DNA from: an uncultured Nitrospiraceae bacterium
GTDB lineage: Bacteria; Nitrospirota; Nitrospiria; Nitrospirales; UBA8639
Direction: 5' to 3'
NCBI GenBank assembly: GCA_964525045.1
Contig: CAZGFD010000007.1
Location: 120,394 to 152,393 of the forward strand
DNA length: 32,000 bases
Within the stretch, counting starts at the first letter, position 1. Every line of letters starts with the position of its first letter. Both the position numbers and the translations under genes were made by a program. The notes below the pieces were generated by a model. The model was not told the origin of the DNA, searched no databases, and saw only the letters and a program-made list of their open reading frames with translations. Shown here piece after piece: positions 24,713 through 32,000 of the stretch.

Positions 24713-25588
24713 TTACTTCACCATGAACGTCTTTATTTTGGAGTTTCGAACAGGCCCACTACTGACATTTCCCTTGATGGTATACACGCCGGTTGGTGCT
24801 TCAGCGGGCACCTCAATTGTCTGAGAATACGAAAAAGTGCCAGGTGCGCGCTCGACCGTGTCCTTCAGGTTCTGGATGCTGAGGGTGCCTTTGAGTAATA
24901 CTACTTCTTCCAGATATTTCAATGTGGGGCCATCCGGTTCCCCTTCCAGGTCATATTTCACGGTCACGGTGAATTTAGATTTACGTTCTACCTTTGGGGG
25001 GTCTATCACGATCTCGACAATCTTTATTTTTGGTATTTCGGACTCATCCAATTCCGGGGAAGCGTCTTCGGTCACCACAGGAGCGGCGACTACTGCTCCC
25101 GGCCCTCCGGGAGGGGAACTCGGAGAAGGGGCAACCGGCGTATCTGGGAATGCGGGGACAGGATTGGCCTCGGGACCTTTTGCCGTCTCACTCCCTACGG
25201 TTTTATTGGCATTTTCGATCCAACGGAGTCCCTCTTCATACCGCTTTTTCTCTGCGCTGAGAAACCCCTGGATGGTGGCTGTGACTGCCAGGAGGGAGGC
25301 TCGAAGTTTTTGATTCTCTTTAATAATATCTTCATAGTCTCTGTTAAATTCTTTATCCTTATTTCTTAGTTGTTTGATGTCTTGCGAGAGGGTTTTGATT
25401 TTCTTCCTCAGGTCATCCTGGCCTTCTCTCGTTTCTTTTTTAAAGGTATTGATTGACTGTTGGGTGCGTTCGTTCGCGGATTCAATGTCCCCAAGCGTCG
25501 CACATCCAGTCGCGGCCAAAACATTCAACAAAATGAACGAAAGTGCGAGCTTCACATGGTTGCCCGACCCACATTCTTTCCGATCCAT
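24713..25588 (-). CDS. Hypothetical lipoprotein: coiled coil, Pro-rich linker, C-terminal beta-rich (Ig-like) domain
   Basis: The lipobox is LAATGC. ATG 25588 has GGAGGG 4 nt upstream, with an alternative ATG at 25600. The linker is PVPAFPDTPVAPSPSSPPGGPG. Confidence 0.75.
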   Translation of the reverse strand: MDRKECGSGNHVKLALSFILLNVLAATGCATLGDIESANERTQQSINTFKKETREGQDDLRKKIKTLSQDIKQLRNKDKEFNRDYEDIIKENQKLRASLLAVTATIQGFLSAEKKRYEEGLRWIENANKTVGSETAKGPEANPVPAFPDTPVAPSPSSPPGGPGAVVAAPVVTEDASPELDESEIPKIKIVEIVIDPPKVERKSKFTVTVKYDLEGEPDGPTLKYLEEVVLLKGTLSIQNLKDTVERAPGTFSYSQTIEVPAEAPTGVYTIKGNVSSGPVRNSKIKTFMVK

Positions 25589-25670
25589 AACGCCCTCCAT
25601 AAAAACTTTTTTGCTTGGTGGTCAATATACCAAATTTCCGGTTCCTGTCATCAACAATGGCGAAAAAAAG

Positions 25671-27302
25671 TTAATGGACAGGATCGCGCGTGAGAAACGC
25701 AGGTGATTTTCGACGTTGTGTTGCCTGTTCAAATGCATAGGCGATTTTTATCAATGTGGGTTCACTGAAGGCTCTTCCAAAAAATGAGATGCCGACGGGA
25801 ATCCCGGAAATGTACCCTACAGGGACGGAAATATGAGGATAGCCGGCTACAGCCGGAGCTGATGGCAACCACTGTTTGCTTGTCCAGGGAGGAACAATAT
25901 GATCGCCCAGCGTGAGGTCAATCGGGAAAGCCGGACCCAATGTGGGACCCACAATCACGTCGAGATAATATTTCTTGATGGTGGCATCAATTCCCTCGGT
26001 GGCGGCAAGCCGAAAACTGTGCTGGCGGGCCTCTCTATAGGCCTTGTCAGTTAAAGGGCCTATCTGATCCGCCATTTCAAATATTTCTTGTTCAAAGTAG
26101 GGCATTTCGATCGGCCGGTGCTGTTCATTGAATGCCATAAGGTCCCGTAACGATTGAGGGCCAAGTGGAGACCGTTTCCGGAGATACGCTTCGAAAGAGG
26201 TTTTGAATTCATACAACAGAACGGTGAATTCAGAGGCACCGAATTGTCCGGCCGTTTCCACATTCGCCGGGTCTATGATGACAGCCCCGTGATGTTTCAT
26301 CACCTCGATAGCCTTGTTGATGAGCGCATCGAGGTGTTCGTGATAGCCAAAATAATTTCTGGCAATGCCGATCCGAGCCCCACGGAGTCCGTCTTTTTGA
26401 AGGAATGGCCTATAATCGGAGTGAGATTTCCCATGAGACTCATCAGTCCGGGGATCATGCGGATCGAGTCCCGTCAGGGCTCCCAGGAGAATGGCCGCAT
26501 CGGACACCGTTCTTGCCATGGGTCCCGCCGTATCCTGCGAAGGGGATATGGGAATGAGGCCGGCACGACTGATGAGGCCAACCGTGGGTTTGAGCCCGAC
26601 GATGGAGTTGGCTGAGGCCGGGCACACAATTGAGCCGTCGGTTTCAGTCCCAATGGCGACGGTTACCAAGTTGGCCGCCACCGCGACAGCTGATCCGGAG
26701 CTGGACCCACAGGGATTCCGAGTCAGGATATACGGATTTTTGGTTTGTCCCCCCCGTGCGCTCCATCCACTGCTGGCACGTGTAGAACGAAAATAGGCCC
26801 ACTCGGACATATTCGCTTTCCCGATAATCACCGCACCGGCCTCACGGAGTTTTTTTGCGACAAAGGAATCACCGGTGCCAGGGACCCCATCCAAGGCATA
26901 GGATCCGGCGGTAGTCTGAAGTTTATCCGCCGTTTCGATATTGTCTTTGACAAGAACGGGAATCCCGTGCAAGGGACCTCGTACCCGGCCGTTCCGGCGT
27001 TCTTGGTCCAGTTGTTCAGCCACAGCCAAGGCGTCGGGATTCACTTCCAGATAGGATCGAAGGGCGGGGCCTTTTTTATCGATCTCCTCCACGCGTGTCA
27101 GATAGGCCTCAACGATCGCGCGTGAGGAATAAGTTCCGGTACGCATGCCTGCCTGTAAATCGGCGATGGTCACCTCATCCAGGTCAAACGCGTGGAGCCC
27201 AATCGCTGGAAAGATGAGGCAGGCGAGTGCCAAAGCCGTCAGTACACGACAGAATCGCCGTAGGCCAATGAGATATAAGGTTTTCTTTTTCTCGACAAAC
27301 AT
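25671..27302 (-). CDS. Amidase-signature (AS) family amidase with an N-terminal signal peptide or anchor
   Basis: Carries the catalytic Lys motif GIPVLVKDNI and the Ser-cisSer motif CGSSSGSAVAVAA. The N-terminus RRFCRVLTALALACLIFPAIGLHA is hydrophobic. ATG is at 27302; the track uses a TTG at 27308. Confidence 0.92.
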   Translation of the reverse strand: MFVEKKKTLYLIGLRRFCRVLTALALACLIFPAIGLHAFDLDEVTIADLQAGMRTGTYSSRAIVEAYLTRVEEIDKKGPALRSYLEVNPDALAVAEQLDQERRNGRVRGPLHGIPVLVKDNIETADKLQTTAGSYALDGVPGTGDSFVAKKLREAGAVIIGKANMSEWAYFRSTRASSGWSARGGQTKNPYILTRNPCGSSSGSAVAVAANLVTVAIGTETDGSIVCPASANSIVGLKPTVGLISRAGLIPISPSQDTAGPMARTVSDAAILLGALTGLDPHDPRTDESHGKSHSDYRPFLQKDGLRGARIGIARNYFGYHEHLDALINKAIEVMKHHGAVIIDPANVETAGQFGASEFTVLLYEFKTSFEAYLRKRSPLGPQSLRDLMAFNEQHRPIEMPYFEQEIFEMADQIGPLTDKAYREARQHSFRLAATEGIDATIKKYYLDVIVGPTLGPAFPIDLTLGDHIVPPWTSKQWLPSAPAVAGYPHISVPVGYISGIPVGISFFGRAFSEPTLIKIAYAFEQATQRRKSPAFLTRDPVH

Positions 27303-27362
27303 ATCCAATAACTTTCGTATTGAAGGAGTCGTGTAGTGGTTTTCCCTAACCTTCCCCGCAAA

Positions 27363-28634
27363 TCAGGTGACTTGAATCCAGCTTTCCCTGCTTGTTTCCG
27401 GTATAAGAAAAATTGCCGTGATCAGGGTAATCGCTGCCGCAAAGGTGATCCAATAGGCTGGCGTGATCGGGTTTCCTGTGAGGGCGATCAGCCAAGCGGC
27501 GATCAACGGGGTCGTCCCGCCAAACCAACCAATCGAGGCGTTATAGGCAAAAGCCAGGCCGGTGCAACGAACGGCTGTGGGGATCAGTTCCACGCTGGTC
27601 GTCACAACGCCACCGGCCATTAATCCAATGGCTATGGCAAAGCCCACCTCTCCCATAAAAATTACCACGGGCTCGGTGGTGTGAATAAGATGAAACAAGG
27701 GAATGGATCCAAGGGTGAGGAGCGTACCTCCAGTGATCAAAAGGGGTCTTCGCCCGAACCGGTCGGCTAACCAGGCGCCTGCGGGAAGGAGAACTAACAA
27801 CAGCGACATGCTCAGGGTGTTGAGATTGAACGCCACTTGTCCGGGAAGGTTATCGACCACCTTAATATAGGTCACCGCATAGACGAAGGCCGCGTAGAAA
27901 GACACCCCAAACCCGACATTCAAGAGTGCAACCCGGATGACCGATGGACGATGTTTTCCAAAAGAATCGAGGATCGGGCTTTGGCTATCACCCCTTGGTT
28001 TATCGGTATGAATGCTGCGCCGTACGAGATATCCGGTGCCAGCCACCAGGGCCCCCACGAGGAACGGAAGACGCCAGCCCCACGTCGCCACTTGCGAAGC
28101 GGTCAGAATATTGGTGAGGAGGGCACCCACTCCTGAGCCGAGAAGAATGCCTGCGGTCGCCCCCCATACCCCCCAAATGGCGTTAAAGGCTCTTCGATCT
28201 TGCGGAGCATTCTCGACTAAGAATACAAGAGAACTGGTATATTCTCCTCCAACCGATAGGCCTTGAATAATTCGAAGGGTCACCAGCAGGACGGGCGCCG
28301 CCAATCCTATTGACTGGTGGGTGGGTAACAGACCAATGATAACAGTCGGGATGGCCATGGTCAGCACCGATAAGGTTAATGCTCGCGAGCGGCCTACTAA
28401 ATCACCGATCCGTCCGAATAACAAGCCACCTAAAGGGCGGACTAAAAATCCTGCGGCAAAGGCTCCGAAGGCCGCGATGAGTGAGACGGTGGGATTATCG
28501 GAAGGAAAAAATTGATGGCCGATGACGCTCGCAAAAAATCCGTACACCGCAAAGTCATACCATTCCATGACGTTGCCGACCAGGCCCGCTAAGATGATGC
28601 GTCCTTGTGACGGTTTGGGCCGGACGTTATTCAT
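27363..28634 (-). CDS. MFS transporter, metabolite:H+ symporter (ProP/KgtP-like) subfamily
   Basis: Starts MEWYDFAVYGFFA, carries the GRIGDLVGRSRAL loop motif, and has 12 predicted TM helices. ATG is at 28634; the track uses a TTG at 28652. Confidence 0.92.
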   Translation of the reverse strand: MNNVRPKPSQGRIILAGLVGNVMEWYDFAVYGFFASVIGHQFFPSDNPTVSLIAAFGAFAAGFLVRPLGGLLFGRIGDLVGRSRALTLSVLTMAIPTVIIGLLPTHQSIGLAAPVLLVTLRIIQGLSVGGEYTSSLVFLVENAPQDRRAFNAIWGVWGATAGILLGSGVGALLTNILTASQVATWGWRLPFLVGALVAGTGYLVRRSIHTDKPRGDSQSPILDSFGKHRPSVIRVALLNVGFGVSFYAAFVYAVTYIKVVDNLPGQVAFNLNTLSMSLLLVLLPAGAWLADRFGRRPLLITGGTLLTLGSIPLFHLIHTTEPVVIFMGEVGFAIAIGLMAGGVVTTSVELIPTAVRCTGLAFAYNASIGWFGGTTPLIAAWLIALTGNPITPAYWITFAAAITLITAIFLIPETSRESWIQVT

Positions 28635-28720
28635 AATGTGGCAGTGATCCAAACTAATTTGGAGCGCCCGCGAGCGCGAAGATGGGAGAATCGGATACAG
28701 CCGATGGTTTAAAGGGATGA

Positions 28721-29473
28721 TTAATTCCCAGTTTTACAAGCGCTCTTATCTTCTTTGGGGCACAAGGCCGGATTTCGCAGGGCTGAAAGGAGTCCGGAAA
28801 ACCCCAGGTCGGTAACCGAAATGGAGTGCATGATTTCCACAGGTTCCACGGTAGTTCCATAAAAGGATTGGTTGAAATCATCGGAAACAACGATACGAAT
28901 TCCGCTTAGAGGAATATTCGTGTAGGTTCCCGTAGATTTCAACCTTGAAAAGGAAACCACATCGACGGCTAAGTCATCAATGGGAGATTGCTGGAGAGTC
29001 GTTCCATCGGCTAATTTGAGACCCCTCCCCAGTTGAAACCCACCCGTATAAAAGGAACTCAATGCCATGTGACTTCTGATCAGAAGCACGATTTCTAATT
29101 TATCACTGGTGAGGTTAAAGCCCAAATCAGGGACTTCCACCCTATAGAAGGCTTTTTGGGACCATCCGTCTTTCTGTCGAACGATCAGGACTCCGCTTCC
29201 TCCTGTTAACATCCTTCCCCTATAGAGGTTTGGGCCGATAAAAATGGCCATGGCTTTCGTGACATGCTCTTTGAACCAATCATTCTTTGCAGATAAATCT
29301 AAAATGAGGGCTTCCGCTGCATTCGCGAGTTCCTGCTCCTCCTCCTGCTCCTCCATATCCTCCTCCATTTGAGCCCATGCGGGAACTCCAACGACGGAGG
29401 TAAAAAAACTGAACAGGAGGAGGAGACATAGTATCCGCGAAAAAATAACGACCTGGCCGTAAGGTTTTTGCAT
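28721..29473 (-). CDS. Secreted SYLF (Ysc84/DUF500) lipid-binding domain protein
   Basis: ATG 29473 has a GGAAGGA SD. The signal peptide is ILCLLLLFSFFTSVVGVPAWA. An acidic run MEEDMEEQEEEQE follows, then SYLF-like GGSGVLIVRQKDGWSQ...GFQLG. Confidence 0.82.
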   Translation of the reverse strand: MQKPYGQVVIFSRILCLLLLFSFFTSVVGVPAWAQMEEDMEEQEEEQELANAAEALILDLSAKNDWFKEHVTKAMAIFIGPNLYRGRMLTGGSGVLIVRQKDGWSQKAFYRVEVPDLGFNLTSDKLEIVLLIRSHMALSSFYTGGFQLGRGLKLADGTTLQQSPIDDLAVDVVSFSRLKSTGTYTNIPLSGIRIVVSDDFNQSFYGTTVEPVEIMHSISVTDLGFSGLLSALRNPALCPKEDKSACKTGN

Positions 29474-29720
29474 GGTGGAGTCCTTCCGACAACAAATTTG
29501 GATTGGAGATATCATTGAGGCATTCTCCATTCAATTACTTGTTTATCAAAACGGCGATCATTGTACCCCAATGAGTTTCATAGGGTGGCCATCGGCTTAA
29601 TGTTAATGGTGCTACTCCGGCCGATACCGTACCCAGAGAAGGCAAATATTGTCAAAGGGATAAGGCCGGGGCGAATCCTATGTCTTGACTTTACTTAGTT
29701 TTGATTTACAGGCTCCCCAT

Positions 29721-29755
29721 CCGAAACCCGAAACCCGAAACCCGAAACCCGAAAC
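29721..29755. repeat. Perfect tandem heptamer (CCGAAAC)x5
   Basis: Read directly and cross-checked against two ORF-track translations (PKPETRNPKPET). It is intergenic, 27 nt beyond the DUF1499 stop codon and about 250 bp upstream of the SYLF start. Confidence 0.95.
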
Positions 29756-29781
29756 TCTTCCCCCTTGGGGCAGCCTTCAGC

Positions 29782-30150
29782 TTATTGCCCAAACTGTTGG
29801 CGAAGGGCCTCAATTCGTTTTCGATTCATTCCGAGGTCAGAATATCCAATCCGGGAGGCCGATCGCACATGAATCAGTTTTTTTTTATAGTCGAACAGGA
29901 ACTCCACATCATCAACAAATCGAAAAATGAGGGAAGTCCATTCAGTATGAATATAATGTTCGGTGTTTGAAATGATTTGGGTGCGCGGCATAGATTCAAT
30001 GACCTTCAGAAGCCTGGCTCTTGCCTCGTTCGTTGAATCAGGGTAAGAAAGAGGCTCAACGAAATGGGAGGGGTCCGGGCTCTGGGATGAGACACAATTG
30101 GGGGAATCGGGACAAGGAGATAATTTCCCGTGGGTGATTCCTATTGCCAT
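29782..30150 (-). CDS. DUF1499-family protein
   Basis: LSPCPDSPNCVSSQS near the N-terminus and the FVDDVEF region are typical of DUF1499. Confidence 0.82.
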   Translation of the reverse strand: MAIGITHGKLSPCPDSPNCVSSQSPDPSHFVEPLSYPDSTNEARARLLKVIESMPRTQIISNTEHYIHTEWTSLIFRFVDDVEFLFDYKKKLIHVRSASRIGYSDLGMNRKRIEALRQQFGQ

Positions 30151-30211
30151 GGTTCAAGATTCGAAAGAGAAAAGGGAGTGCAAGGATAATTAAGGGGTCG
30201 CCACCTTGAAA

Positions 30212-31588
30212 TTAGGATCCGCCGGGTTTCTCGGTGAACAAGCGACTGTTGAGGATTTTCCGTCCAATGAAAATTAGGCTGAAAGAAATCAACAATGATA
30301 TGGGGACAAACACCCCGGAGGCGAAGGTGGCATTTTCCAACCATCCCGCTTCTTGCAAGGCTTTGAACACATAGTCCCCAAGCCCGCTTAAATAGTAGGC
30401 AATCACAATAATGGAAAGGCCTTCAACGGTGTGTTGGAGGATGGCCTGGCTTTTGGTTGTCTTGTCCACGCTCGCCAACATTTTCAGATTTTGATCTTGT
30501 AACGCAATATTATGATCTTGCAGCAGCAATTCCACTTTCGTCCGAATCACCGAAATCGTTCCTTCAAAATCTTTTTCAAGCGCGTCGATTCTTCGGAGGA
30601 GTTGTTGGTATCCTTCGGCCACCCCGGTGATTTTGTGTTGGATGAAATCCGAAATCAATCGCCCGCTGGTCAGGGGCTGTTCCTGTAAAGCCTGGAGATT
30701 GCTTATGACAATCGTTTCGTAGGGAACAGATGCGGACAATTTGTAACGCATGGATTCAGCCATTCTGCTCACTTTCATAAAATCCTGGGTCAGAACGGTC
30801 AGCCAGTTTTGAAGCGTACCGGATGTGGCAGATTCAAGTTGTGTCGTGATCACATTCCGCTGATAAAGATGCCGTTGTTCAAACTGATGAACTTGATCCA
30901 CTGATGCGCTAAAGGCCTGGTAAGGAAGTAAAATGAGGTGAGTGTAGTTTTCAATGGCCACGATGGTATCGATCAACCGAGCGAGTTGTGGAAGCAAAAC
31001 ATCCCGTGAAGTTGAATACAGACAATACCGCTCTCGCGAATACTCATCCGGGGTGAAATTTGCTACAACGGATATGTCCTTCCCGAAGACGCGGCTCCCA
31101 TACAATTGAGGGCCCGCCATTTTGGCTTTCAATTCCTCCGGGGTGAATTGCATGTTGGGACATATGAGAATATCCAAGGCATTGACCTGGATACCTAAAG
31201 GAGACAAGGGAAATTGATATTGGGGAAATGTGATAGGCCCAAATTCCAAAGGTTTGGTTGATTCGTGCGGAATGTGCCATATCTGGTAACTGTAATATTC
31301 CGTATGTGCCTCCCAGGCGAGGACGAGACGGTCGCCGTTTTCAGCCATGAGGACTCCAAAGCCGAATTTGTCGTAAACGACCCTTTGCTCATCCGGAATG
31401 TGAAAGCAATCCAGAAGTTCTTTGAACTCCCTGCGACTTTGCGGGCGCTCCATCGGGGGGTTAGCCATACGATGGGCGATATGGTGGACATGGGCGGGGG
31501 CATCGAGCCAGTCTGCTAAATATTTTTTTGGAGGTTCATGGAGCTGGCGCAGGTAGCTGTGCATTGAGGGTTTGGGTTTAAGGCTCAT
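30212..31588 (-). CDS. DUF3422-family membrane-anchored protein
   Basis: WEAHTEYYSYQIW resembles the DUF3422 WERHTEF motif. It has a long helical middle and two C-terminal TM helices, a CorA-like topology. Confidence 0.7.
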   Translation of the reverse strand: MSLKPKPSMHSYLRQLHEPPKKYLADWLDAPAHVHHIAHRMANPPMERPQSRREFKELLDCFHIPDEQRVVYDKFGFGVLMAENGDRLVLAWEAHTEYYSYQIWHIPHESTKPLEFGPITFPQYQFPLSPLGIQVNALDILICPNMQFTPEELKAKMAGPQLYGSRVFGKDISVVANFTPDEYSRERYCLYSTSRDVLLPQLARLIDTIVAIENYTHLILLPYQAFSASVDQVHQFEQRHLYQRNVITTQLESATSGTLQNWLTVLTQDFMKVSRMAESMRYKLSASVPYETIVISNLQALQEQPLTSGRLISDFIQHKITGVAEGYQQLLRRIDALEKDFEGTISVIRTKVELLLQDHNIALQDQNLKMLASVDKTTKSQAILQHTVEGLSIIVIAYYLSGLGDYVFKALQEAGWLENATFASGVFVPISLLISFSLIFIGRKILNSRLFTEKPGGS

Positions 31589-31680
31589 GGAATGATCTGC
31601 GTAGATGATGACGAAGTGTAAGGTTCCAGGTGTCAGGATTCAAGTTTCAGGTAAAAAAATCTAATAGTCTTCTTTCTGCC

Positions 31681-32000
31681 TTAACCTCGTGCCTCCGCTG
31701 ATTTGTGATGCTGGACGAAATCAATGATCCGGTTTTCAGCCCAGAAGAGATCTTCATCCGGATGGGGTCTCTGGAGAAAACCACAATGTCCGCCATACCG
31801 TGGTGCGACAAAATGAATTGCCGGGTTGGTCCGAATTGCCGACTCTTCGAAAATGTGATAGGGGATGAACGGATCGTCTTGCGCGGTGATGATGAGTGTA
31901 GGCAGATGAATGTGTTCCAGAACATGTCGGGCTCCGCTTCGTTCATAATAATCGACGGCATCGCGGTAACCGTCGTCCTTTGATGTGAATGCATCATCAA
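31681..32000 (-). CDS. Partial CDS (3' end only): alpha/beta-fold hydrolase (YheT/ABHD-like)
   Basis: Absent from the ORF track because no start lies in the window. The frame ending in TAA (rc of 31681-31683) translates as ...DDGYRDAVDYYERSGARHVLEHIHLPTLIITAQDDPFIP...APRYGGHCGFL...FWAENRIIDFV. This contains the catalytic Asp (DDPF) and His (GGHCGF) motifs. Confidence 0.75.
   Translation of the reverse strand, partial: DDAFTSKDDGYRDAVDYYERSGARHVLEHIHLPTLIITAQDDPFIPYHIFEESAIRTNPAIHFVAPRYGGHCGFLQRPHPDEDLFWAENRIIDFVQHHKSAEARG

Noticed and set aside
31647-32000. 117-aa minus-strand ORF and 92-aa plus-strand ORF (31705-31983) from the track.
   Set aside because: Their translations look non-protein-like. 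Another minus-strand frame gives a convincing alpha/beta-hydrolase C-terminus.
1-32000. Search for tRNA, rRNA, CRISPR repeats, IS or transposase ends, integrases and known defence-system genes.
   Set aside because: I could find no T-loop/acceptor patterns, no spaced direct-repeat arrays, and no transposase, integrase or nuclease-helicase signatures on either strand.

Overview
This is a 32-kb chromosomal window from a diderm (Gram-negative-type) bacterium, roughly 50% GC by eye. I found no rRNA, tRNA, CRISPR array, transposase or integrase. About 30 protein-coding genes are supportable. Reading left to right, they include: a MerR regulator with a complete CarH/LitR-type B12-photoreceptor motif set; a TMTC/PMT_2-like membrane protein with TPR repeats; a sensor-less sigma-54 enhancer-binding protein (EBP) next to an FNT transporter plus nirA operon that has a near-consensus -24/-12 promoter and two upstream palindromes; an AT-richer stretch of orphan genes; a putative membrane-lipid cluster (GT4 glycosyltransferase, PEMT-like methyltransferase, a membrane-anchored class-III aminotransferase fused to an Mpo1/DUF962-like domain, and an LpxH-like phosphoesterase); a CHASE2 adenylate cyclase + FecR-domain protein + 900-aa Ig-repeat OmpA lipoprotein module; and a minus-strand run of envelope and uptake genes (DUF3313, metallophosphoesterase, lipoproteins, secreted amidase, MFS, SYLF, DUF1499, DUF3422, alpha/beta hydrolase). 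The best candidates for undescribed biology are the lipid cluster with its unusual fusion enzyme, the cyclase/FecR/OmpA envelope-signalling trio, and the regulatory architecture around the EBP and nirA. That architecture includes a strong terminator 23 nt upstream of the EBP start codon and a hairpin plus U-tract inside the nirA-operon leader. Two edge genes are missing from the ORF track and were recovered by hand. All family names come from motif recall and need HMM/BLAST confirmation.
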